A DNA stretch of 64,000 nt from Podarcis filfolensis (taxonomy: Eukaryota): NCBI GenBank assembly GCA_964270895.1, contig OZ185439.1; one strand, given 5' to 3'. The notes under the pieces are model-generated. The model worked only from the letters and a program-made list of their open reading frames with translations, had not been told where the DNA came from and did no database searches. How positions within the stretch are numbered: position 1 is the stretch's first letter; every line of letters starts with the position of its first letter. Below are positions 9,471 through 21,400 of this stretch, one piece after another. Made by a program: the position numbers and the translations under genes.

Positions 9471-12400
9471 GTAAGGCAGGGCAGGGCTCCTTGGGCCGAA
9501 TGGTCTAGGGGGACAGGGAAGCGCACTCTGCACATGGGCAGAGGCGCGGCGCTTTGGAACGCCGCCGTGGGAATCGTTCAAGGGGGCGTGGCTTAAGTAA
9601 CATGTGGGGTAAGCATTTGTACCGGGAGTGGGGCCCATGGGCGTGGGCAGGGAGGGGCGGCTGCCCCCCTAAATCAATTAAATCAGTACAAAATGCTTAA
9701 CTGAGGTTCTGCCACCCACCCACCCCCAATCTTTCTCCAAAATCCACGCGCAGTGTCTGGAACAGAGCCTTCTGTGGGACTTTGCAGATGGAGTGGACTC
9801 TATTCTACAAAAGCAGCTTCTGACTCCTTAATAAATGTGTCAAGTCCTTGAGGCATCACAAGACAGCTTTTGCTGCAAAGCAGACTGAAATGGTTCCCCC
9901 TATGGAAATCCTCTGTTAATGTTGCCCCCCCCCCCCCCACGGTAGAGCCATTGTGCCTTTTGAGGTGGCAGAAATGTATAGTGGGCAGGTGTGTGTGTGA
10001 GTGTTCAGCTCCTTTCTGGATAAAGCTCCACCTGTTAAACTTCTGTCTGACTCCCTGGAAAAAAAGTTGGCAACTCTGCTCGCTCTATGTACAGTACTAT
10101 GGAATTTGCTTGTAAACTGAAGAAAAGGCTGACTGTCACGCAGAAGTTGACCATGTTGGTGAGCCCACTGGGTCCTGTCCATGCACACCTGTGCTTGATT
10201 TGCAGTAAAATGCTGCTTGGTGCAAGGTAGCAGGAAGACCCTCAAGCTAGTGAGAGTGGAACTGGAAAGTTCAAAGAAGTCTCGCCATCACAGCTGGGCT
10301 CCAGGGCAACTTGTTTGCTCTGCCTGCTGGGACTGTAGCCAACATGTGTGATGCTCTGGCATAATGCAGGCTGTAGTGATGGCCACCAACTGTATCCACA
10401 TTAATGGCTTATAATGCAGCTAGGCTGTTCATTTTTCTCAATTTGGGTTAGAATCCTAGAATGTCAGAGATCTAATCCAACCCTTTGCAATGCAGGAATA
10501 TTCTGCCCACCATGGGGCTTGAACCCTTGACCCTGAGATTAAGAGTCTCACTCTCTACTGAGTGAGCCATCCCAACTGGCCTAGGGGAAAACTCGTCAAA
10601 ACACAATACTTCATAAGAAGCAAGAAGATAGATGCCCAGGGAGATATGGATTGTGGCTAATGCTGTGTATACGCTGCTTCTGAAACCAGCTGTGGGAGTA
10701 CACTGGTTGCGGAGTATATGGGAGTGTGTGCAATGCCTTGAAGAGCTTTAAAAGGGATGCGGGATAAGCTTATTCATGGTTGAAAATGGATACCAGTTGC
10801 TGCAGGACACAGCTGGGGAGAGTAATGTTGCACTCATGGCCTGCTTGCAAGCTTCCCATAGAAGGGACTGTTCACATAAAAACTCAGTGATGTGAGCTTT
10901 GTTGTTCAACAGTGACAAGTTGCTAATATGCAGAAGGGATGGGTGATCTTTCTTGCTTTTCATGCATGTTTCTGTATGTTAATGACTTGTTGGGTAGCTA
11001 AAATTGTAAGCTACTAGAATTGATGTAAATGTGTACAGGGTCTTTTTGCAATAAAACTGGTTATAACTTGATGCAAGTGTTTAACAATTGGGTCTGTTAA
11101 GTCTGACCATACATCACTGTGATATAATGTGGACGTTCAGAAAGGTAAAACTACAAGTCTTAACCACAGTGTAACTTACAGTTTCCTAAAAACGTTAACC
11201 TGGCAGCTATAGAATACACTGTGTGCATTTATAATAGCTATTTTATATATTGTAGTGTCAACATTTTTAAATTAAATGTTTTACATTCAAAAAGAAGAAG
11301 AAGAAGGGACTGTGAAGGCAGGATGAAGGATTAAATAGAACTTTGGTCTGAACTAGCAGGACTCTTAAGTTCTTGTGATAGGATGGGAACAGCTTGGGCT
11401 GAACTGCACATTTCCAGAGAACTGATGACTCCTAGTATCCAGCTGTTGTTTTCATTGGTATTTTGAATCATGAGTTCACCAGAAATTTGTCCCCCCAACT
11501 CTGTGGAGTCATTGGCAAAGCTGCTAGACTGAAAGTTTTAGCATTGTTCCTGAATAATGTTTCCAAGGGGGCACTTGTGAACAATTTAGAAAGACAAGGG
11601 GGCAGGGTCCTAAAATTTCTGTTACACACAGCTGCTCCAGAAGGGATGCTTTATCCCGGTGTTGCCTTGGCAGTGAAATATTTCAATGTCTGTGTTTGAT
11701 TTGAAGGAGCTACAGTTTTATTTAGCAGACCTTAGTGGAAGCCGCTTCCTTAGTGCTAAGTTATTATGTCAAACAGTGAATACTTAGCAAGAAAATTGCT
11801 TAATTCAAATAACATGAGTTTTCTATGTTGAAAATCTTGGTGACCTCCTTTTTCCATTATGCCGTATTTTGCAAACACAATGCTTGAAGTTGGAACTCTG
11901 TAATCATTTTTCATTAGGGTGGAGGAGCCATAACATTTGAGGTTCGTATACTACACTGTGAGATGGAGATCACATATTATTCAGAATTTGCACCCTGCTT
12001 TTTTCTTCTAAAGAAGGCCTAAAGCAGCTAAGCAAAAGAACAACCACCAAAACCCTCATGGCCTTAAAATAGCAATTAACATAATGCCAATGTCAAGATC
12101 TAAGCAGAAAAAAATACAACTCTAGTAATCTAAGCAATCAGTACAATATATTTACAAGTGCAGGCAAAATAGCTCAGTCAGAGCCTGAGACACAATGTCA
12201 GGGTTGTGGATTCAAGCTCCACGTTGGGTGGTGAAAAGATTCCTGCATTGCAGGAGGTTGGACTACGTGATTCTCGTGGTCCCTTCCAACTTTGATTCTA
12301 AGAAAAGTTATACCTAGGCCAACAGACAATGGACAAACTGATGTTATCCTACTCCCAAAGAATCCATGACTACCACCTACGCTCCCTAAAAGATCAACCC

Positions 12401-15400
12401 CCCAGTCTAATCTGAAATAAAAGATGAAAAGAGAGAGTCTTTGGAGGAAGACACTGCCCTAGCACCATGAGTCATACCTTGGCTTTTGCAGATAAGAGAT
12501 GAAAGAAAAAGGAAGTGACTCTCATCCTGCACTCTCTTCTTGTCAACGATAAGGAGGCAAAAATTAGTTTGACAAAACCCCAGAACCCTCAGAGCACAGC
12601 CACACTCATAAAAAAAAAAGAGGTAAGAGGCTGGAATGGGGCTGGTGCTTGCAGCTTCCCCCAAGGGACAATTGGAGGTGTGAACCTCAACAGAAGTGCC
12701 CCCTCCCCATCGAATGCAGAAGTGGTTACAAACAGCCAGATGGAACCACTTTACTGGGTGGGTGGAGTTCCTTCTTCAAGGCATCCAGGTCTCTTTAGGT
12801 GTGTCTGTTGAGTGCCTTCAGCAGCAAAAAATTCTGGTACCAGGGCAGGGTCTATCGATAGGAAGGTTCCCCCCGCCCCGCAGTGCCCAGCTGTTCTGAC
12901 TTATGACACTGGGCTGCTGCTGTGCTCCCTTTAAACCCTGATGAGTGGTTCTTAAGGGGCAGTTTTGCAGATGAATCGCATCCATCACAAATTTCAGAAG
13001 AGCTACATATTGGGGGCTGTTATTAAGCCTGATCACATACTGTTTAATCCATTGTTAAGTTACCAGTCCGTTCTGTCCTAAAGAATAAATTAACTTGCAG
13101 TATGAATCTTGTAGTAACTTGTAGTATGAATCTGCCCTTAGTTAATCTGGGTAGACTCCCAGTCAGCAGTGTGTAGGCAAAGTTCTCACTTCCTCATCAT
13201 AGAAAGGGAGATAAAGGACACATTGGACAAGGTATTCCCTCTGCCATTTGTCACACATTTTGAGATGCTGTTGATTGTTCTAACATCTCCCAGTTATAAT
13301 GGCATTAAAATGGTATTGTTATGACTTTGGATCATATATGAACAGCAGGGTTTAGCACAAAACCATAATTCAGAGTTGGCTAATGGCTTTTTCCAAGCAA
13401 AACTGGATCAGTTTAATGTAATTGGTTCCTTCTTGCACTGCCCTGTACATTTGTGATTGAATAGTCCCGACTGGGTCAGACCAGAGGCCTGTCTAGATGA
13501 GTATCTTTCCCCCTTAGTATCCAGTCAGATGCCAATGGGAAGCCCACAAGGCAGTGATAGCCTAATCATATTTTAAAGTCCGTTGCGACATCTTGTGGCA
13601 GTGAATTTCATACATTAATTAATTCCTTTGTAAAATTCTCTCTTTTCATATGTCTTGCATTTCCTTCCCATTGGATGTCTCTGAGTTTTCTTGTATAATG
13701 AGAGGCATATGAATTTGACATTTTACATGCTCACACAATGAGATACAGCTGTTTCAGAATGTTAACAGTAATTTATTTATTTTTGGCACAAAGAGAGAGT
13801 AGCCACTTTGCCAATGTTTCCTAAATGAACTTTCAGTTTAGGATCTTGTGTGCCAATATCCAAGTGGTTTGAGTTTCCAGGGGTTTCAGGTTTGAGGCAC
13901 AGCAGAGACTGTGGTGTCTTTATGATATATGGTTTATTTAAGCATACACACACACACACAACCTGAGCCTATGATGGAGGGGTTCACACAAGATCTTCCA
14001 TAGCCACAGCCTTTGATTCAAACAGAAACCAAACATTGCTCTCGAACTCTGCTCTGACTCTCTCTAGCTGGCTGCTTTCCTTCTAGATCACATTACTTCC
14101 AAACTCTCTTTCTAACTAACCATTAGCTGGGAAGGTGATCCCACCCATCTGCCGTCTCACACAGAGACTCCTTCCTTTCTTAAGGGAATGGCCCATCTCC
14201 CAGGCTATCGCCACAGGAAACTAGCCTGGCTTATATTTTAACACTTGCTGGATCCAGGAGTTAGAAGGGTCTTTGCATACAGTCTACATCCTCCCCCACC
14301 CACTCAAAACCATACAAAGGCTCAGTTTGTCAGTAGCAAAGAGAATGGGAATTCGTGATGAAAGCCATTCACACATTTTCAAAAAAATTATGTTATCCAA
14401 ACAGGCAATGTTTGCTAATGAATAAAATTGTAAAGCCAGAGGTATGTTGTGCTATCCAAGCATGCTAATGAAAAACCAGGCTTGTTGTTTGGATCTCTGG
14501 CACAGCCAAGTGCTGATGAGGCTGTATACAGTAGAGGATAAACATATTCAGCCTCACTTGTGAAGATCTCAAAGAGCTCCCTGCAAACCTAGTCCAAGTG
14601 GGTTAAGACCAAAGCTCTCCTAAGATCTGCTGCTGGCTCTAATCTCCACTTGAATAATAAATCTTGTATTCCATTCTATCCCTTTGAAAATCTGAAGAAA
14701 TATTCTTAAGCAGGCAGCAAAAAGCCTGGGGCAATGTTTTCTCTCCCCCCCACCCTCTGTTGTATTTCAGAGGTATTCGCTGGGTAGAAAAAGACAAGAG
14801 TAAGCATTCTTTGTAATGTTTTACAAAACAAACCAGCTGTCTGGCCAGGATTGAAGAAGGGTGTTTGTTAACATTTCCAGCCTTTGGACTTCATCAAAAG
14901 TGTGTTTCTTTGGATGAAGTTTGATCTGAAGCTATTCTTCTATGGAAAGACCTACTGCTTGGGGAGCAGGGCAGGTGGTGGTGGCAGCGGCGGTGGGGAA
15001 GGCGCAGCACAATTTCATGTGCTCAAAGAACCTATTCAGAACACTCTACCTCTTTGATTCCAACTTGGCAGAAATACTTGCCAGTTCCAGGGACTCCATA
15101 TATACTTGCTTGGCATGGTAGATGTCACCTTGTGGCTTGCTAAATGCAAGGAGGTTCTTTTAATGAGATTCAGAAGCAATACAAACACAAGGGAGTGAGA
15201 AGATTAAAGATCTTATTCTAAACAGCAAGCATTATATACATTACCAAGCAAGGACTTCGATCTGCCACCGGGAAGCCTTCAAGAAGTGGCAAAGTCACTA
15301 GGTAGCCTTCGTTTGCACGACCCACTGGCCATCAGTTCATGCATGAGCTTCTCAGAACTATGCCCAAAACGCATCTGATTTATAGATAGCTAACTTGTTA

Positions 15401-18400
15401 GCCTATGTGCCTTGCTCTACTAGCTAGTGCAGATTATTATTTCGCTAGCCCCCTCTTCCAATACTCCACATTCCTCCAAACAATGTCTACCATCAAAGAA
15501 GGTCAGAAGGTACCCTGCATTATCACTTCTTTCCAACAAATTAAAGGCTGTTCTCAGCCATCAAATAACAGAACAAGAGACAGAGGGGAAGTAAACAGAG
15601 GCAGGAAGAGATAACCATGCTAGATCACTAGCTCCTCGAAATTACAATTATCTTCTACAAAAGATTACCCATACACCTTGCCAACCTATGCCCACCTACC
15701 ATTTCCTTTTTACAGGCACGGACCTCGTTGGGGTTAGAATTTGGCAGTTTCTAGCCTGTAACCTAAGGGGTGTTCACTCTTTACACTTTCGCGTCAGGAA
15801 GTTTATGCCACAATAAATCTGTTAAGTCCTCAAAGTGCCACAAGGCTTTTGGCTACTTTTTTTTTTAATGCAACAGAGCAACCTAGCTAACCCCTCTGAC
15901 AGAAATTGCATTTGATTCAGACAATGTTCCTGCAGCTCACATACCCAATGGAAGGAAGTATCTTTCTACAATGTGATCCCTCTGGGTTGCAACCTCAAGC
16001 CTGCAAGTGCTTGTCGGCACCATTTTCTGCATGTTGCTGCGGGAGTATTGCAAACATGGATGTCATTGTGGCCATGGTAAATCGGTTTATCCCTCCACCA
16101 CCATTTTTTAAACTCTTGCCCTTCCCCTAAATAGCTCTGTCCCCCCCCCATTTTACCTACATTACCTTCACCCGACATGTTGCACTAACATTACATTAGC
16201 CTCATAACTCAAGAGTGTGACTTGCTCCACATCACACAAATAAGTTTGTCACTGAGCTTGAACCCAAGTCTCATCAGTCCAGATCCAATACACTATCAAC
16301 TATACCCTTCTGATCTAAGCAATGCCCTAGTTTTATGCCCACAAGCTTATCGTATACAACTCTTAACCCAACAGCAAACAAAGGAAGTGGCAACTGGCTG
16401 TGTGGAGGTTTTGCACAACCATCATTGGGTTGTATGGAAAAAAGCTGTGCGAATCACATCTCAGTAGACTCCATTACTGATCTCTTTCTCTCATGCTGGA
16501 ACAATCTTGAAAACGATTCCCTTTTGGATGTTTTGAGTTTCCCTCCCAGTAAAAACCTTGATATAGCTTTTAAATATAAAAGGAGACTTTTCATTATGGG
16601 GATTCCTTCACTTCCCAGATATCCAGCTTGCTTTGCAGTGGTGAAATTCATTATTGTTTCTCTCTGCTGCCAGATCTCCTCTTGGACAGAACTCCCATTC
16701 CTTGAGTGCTCTGATGCAGAGCATAGCACAGTGATATTAGAAGCTGGGCTTGCCAAACTTTCCCTTAGTAAGCAGCTATTTAAAAGATAGGAATCTGATC
16801 CGGGACAGAATTTGGCTGTCTTTTAACTCTCCCACCCCCCATCTCCCTGCTTTTAATCTGACTTCTACCAATTCCTGTTCTACACCTAGGGCAGGGGCAG
16901 GCAACCTAAGGCCCCTTGGCCGGATGCGGCCCAATCGCCTTCTCAATCCAGCCTACGGATGGTCCAGCAATCAGCATGTTTTTACATGAGTAGAATGTGT
17001 GCTTCTATTTAAAATGCATCTCTGGGTTATTTGTGGGGCATAGGAATTCGTTCAATTTTTTCCCCAAAATATAGTCCGGCCCCCCACATGGTCTGAGGGA
17101 CAGTGGGCCGGCCCACGGTTGAAAAAGGTTGCTGACCCCTAACCTAGGCCATTATTCAACCCAAGTCTTAAGCAAACTTCATTGATTTCAGTTGACTTAG
17201 GCTGCAATCCTATAACACACTTATTAGGCAATAAGTCCCGTTAAATAAATGGTGGGCCTTATTGACTAACACAACTAACAACTCAGCCTTAGGCATTCCT
17301 ATTCAGAAAAAAGCCCTACTGGGCGCAAAGGGAATTCCTCCCATGCAAATGTATCTAGGGTTACCATATAAGAAGGTACTGAAGAGAGGGGCATTTTGGG
17401 GGGGACTGCCCTGCCACTTTCACCCCCCCCAAAAAACCCACACACAAAATGTCCCTTAAAGCATTTTCCTCAAAAGTCAACTTCAATCCTGCTCTTACAA
17501 GCTAATTTCCTGGAACTTGCTTTAGGGTGAGTATAAGGGCTGGCTTGTAAAAGATGTGCTTAGCTTCCATCGTTTATTATGAAGCAGCGAATAGCTCCTA
17601 TTAAATCCACTGATTTCAGTGGGTCTGCTTTGAGTATGACAAAATTTGAAAGCAGCCCTGTGGTCCTAAAGTTGGTGGGTTTCACTTTCCACCCATTACC
17701 AAAGCAGCTGTTATTTACGGCATTTTAATGAGAACATAGAGACAGTCGCACGTTTCCATTTCCTTTGTCGGGTCTCGTTTGACCCAGAGGCAGCCTGCTT
17801 GTTGCTGTAAAATGTCAGACATAGTAATGCAGTCGTAGGGGTTTGCTTGTGAATCAGGATCATCACTGAGGGATGAGCAATACATTATCACTCAGAGGAT
17901 AATGTGCTGTTAGTAACAGACTGACAAAAAGAAGTTTTTAAACAGCACACATCTTTTGAAACTGGCAAACACCTGTGTATAATACATAAACTTGTCTGTC
18001 TTCCTGTATGACTTGATATTCTAAATTTTGAAAGGAGGCTGGACTTTGGTGGATAATATTGTTTATAGAATGTTCCTCTTCAACCAGGCCTTTTGACTGG
18101 TTAATATTCTACAACCTTTTAAGTGTCTTTGAGGTGGTGGTGCGTTTATTGTTTTGTTGTTTTTGTTTTAACTATTTAGTTGTGTTTTTGCCTTGTATTT
18201 TATCACATGAACTGCCCTGAGAAACATCACTCTTATAAAAATGCTGTGTATAACCACAAGGCATTCACTTTAAAAAGCAATAGTCCCTTTTTACTTACAC
18301 TGATCTTCAGCTCTATAAAGGATTTTATTAGAACGAATTTTTATCTCTCTGATAATCAGCCTATCACTAAATTTGATCAGGACTGCTGACTATGTTTTAC

Positions 18401-21400
18401 CACAGCAGGTTTAAACATCCTGTTCTAACTAAAATAAACAAAGTTAAGTTTTAGGCTTACTTCTGGTAATTTTAGACAGAGACATGACTGTGACTATCAG
18501 GAAAGGACCCTGAACCTCTGAATTTGCCACTATACCACTGCATGCACCGACAAACTATGGTTGGTTGGAAATGGAAAGGAAGGCTTCTGATTGCCTTCTC
18601 CTAGCGGTGCTAGAGGAGGAGTATACAAGCCAGAGACTCACATGGTGCTAACACTGGGCTCTCAAATTTCAGCAGCACCCCGTGCGACACTAAAATCCTT
18701 CCCCCATTGCTGCCTCTTGCACTCTGTTCTAGAGCATTATTTTGGTGCCCCCTGCAAAGCAGTGCCCAGTGCAGCCATACCAGTCGTGCTACCCTAAAAC
18801 TGCCTCTGCATTTAACCATAAAAAGGTAAAGGTAAAGGGACCCCTGACCATTAGGTCCAGTCGTGGCCGACTCTGGGGTTGCGGTGCTCATCTTGCTTTA
18901 TTGGCTGAGGGAGCCGGCATATAGCTTGCGGGTCATGTGGCCAGCATGACTAAGCCGCTTCTGGCAAACCAGAAGCCGTTTACCTTCCCGCTGGAGTGGT
19001 ACCTATTTATCTACTTGCACTTTGACGTGCTTTCAAACTGCTAGGTTGGCAGGAGCAGAGACCGAGCAACAGGAGCTCACCCCACCGTGGGGATTCGAAC
19101 CGCTGACCTTCTGATTGGCAAGTCCTAGGCTCTGTGGTTTAACCCACAGCGCCACCCGCGTCCCAGTACTCCACACTTAACCATACTTAGCATTATATCT
19201 GAACCAGCAGGGTAGGGTTGCCATGTTTCAAACAGTGAAAATCCGGACAGCTTTTTCGGTGGGGGGGGGGGAGAGAGATGATTTCTGCCTGGACATTGCT
19301 GCCAAATGTAGTGTTCAGGATATGTCCAAGAAATTCCAGATATATGGCAACCCTACACCAGGGTCTTGGCTTATAAAAAGCTATATAATGATTGCTCAGG
19401 TTACTTTCTTCGGCCCTAACAGAACACCATGTTACTATCGTTTTTACAGATAGGGGTGTCTAAGCAATGTGATGCTACTAATGCTAGAAATGCTGTTAAA
19501 CAAATCCATGAATAAGTGACATTTATTAAAACCTGAACAGTATTCAATGGCCAAATGTAATGCCTGAAGCTAGATATCTCTTGAAACAGCATTTTTTCTT
19601 CTTCTTTTCTGTATTGAAAGATTAATCTTTGCAGAGGTAAAATGATTCCTCAGTGCATTTCTTTGCTAGCGAGGAGCCTATAAAAACAAGCAGTGCATTG
19701 TCAAGGTCTAAACTCTCTAGCAAGCCGTTTTGGAATTCCCTCACCCTTCCTTATCTGTCTAGCTTGCATCCTTTCGGGATATGCAGAAATGGTGCTTGAA
19801 AATGTACCTGTTTTGGATGAGAGTTTAGGGACCAGGCCAGTGTCGTTCACCAGACTGTTTCCAAATGACCAGGTATTTTTAAATAACCGAGAAGATGCAT
19901 GGAAATTATGCCCTGTACACACACACATGGCAAGTTGCATCATGAAGCTTGGATAACTACAGCTGCCAATTAATTGGTTAGCTCCCGTTCTGCCCTTGTG
20001 CCTGTAACTGCAGCCAGTTCTTCCTGAGGTTCAATTAGAAACTTTGTGGTCTAATCACAGCTCATGTGAAGGGGTTTGTGTGTGCAGACAAAATGGTTGT
20101 TAATACCTTGAAGTCATAAGCCCAGATATAATCATACGAATGCAGCCTCTCTTAGGCAAGCAGAAACCAAAAAAGACCTTTTGGAAGTTTTACTGATGCT
20201 TGGAAAGGAAGTTTTGTTTTTGGATCATGCAGACAAGTTCTTACAATGTATAAATTAAGGAGAAGTTTGCTACATATTTATCATTCTTTTTAAAAAAAAA
20301 CAAAAACAAACCCCACAACATTTGTTCGGAAGGTTTGATTTAAATCGCCACACAAAAGGGCTCATTTGAACAATTTCTTTCAATCAAGTTTCCAACTTTG
20401 AACCTGCAGCAGGACATCATTTGAATGCTAAGTATTATTATAATGTGATGCTTCTGGATTCATTGTTGTTCTTTAAAAAAAAATGCTGTGAAGTGCAACT
20501 GTTGCTTCTTTCTCTTCCAGTTTATCCCAGGAGTTGAGCGCAAGTACTCCCTGAAGTTTGCTACAAAAGATGCTAAGTCTGGGGTAAGTTTGCACAATAA
20601 AATGGAACTTTGTGTCACACGTGGTACTTCCCAGACATGTTTTTGCTGAGTCTTCCTGGCCCCTGCCCAAGTCACTTCTCTTATCCACAGCGAAAGCAAC
20701 AAACCTGCCATGGCTTCTTGGTGCTTGACCTATTTGCAAACAAGGGTCTGCACAACCCTTGGCTATAATGGATTCCCTTTTCCCTTCTAGACACCTGCTG
20801 AAAATTGTTCTGTATAAGCAGGTCTATCTAGACGTATGACTTGGTTGCAGCTGTTTTTAAATATGTTTAACACGTTTCATTGAGTTTATTTGTTGTTTGG
20901 ATGTTTTTATTTTAATTTTGGTTGTATTTCTATCACAGAGGTTTGTTTTGGGGGAAGGACAGGCAGTGGCGTAGCGTGGGGGGTGCAGGGGGGGCCGGCC
21001 GCACCGGGCGCAACATCTGGGGGTTAGGGTTAGGGGGCGCAAATCCACGGGTTAGGGGGCACAAATTACTTGCCTTGCCCCGGGTGCTGACAACCCACGC
21101 TACGCCACTGAGGACAGGATATAAATGTTAATTCAGATGCAAGAACCCCCCCCCCCCCGTATCCCCTCTGCCCTGCCTCATGCAGGTGTATGCCATAGCT
21201 GTCAACGTTTCTCTTTTTTTAAGGGAAATTCCCTTATTCCGAATAGGATTCCTCGCAAGAAAAGGGAAAAGTTGACAGCTATGGTGTATGCTGTTCCTGA
21301 GCTAAGGGAAGCCATTGTCTATCACTATTGTTTTTGTCATGGTGCTGGCATTCAAAGTCCAAACATTTTTTATATTGTTTGATGCATTTTATGTTTTTTA

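Larger units (their letters stand above)
8930..9660 (+). promoter_or_regulatory. CpG island / GC-box promoter of RARRES1
   Basis: CpG-dense, GC-rich block over exon 1 with GGGCGG/CCGCCC boxes, against an AT-rich background. Confidence 0.75.

Noticed and set aside
8840-9638. Long overlapping ORFs on both strands (221, 246, 144, 153 aa)
   Set aside because: Stop-poor CpG-island DNA; only the frame from ATG 9210 to the donor at 9471 has homology and splice support.
15780-15900. Second Penelope-like terminus (aataaatctgttaagtcctcaaagtgccacaagg)
   Set aside because: Too degenerate to delimit; the hammerhead core is lost.
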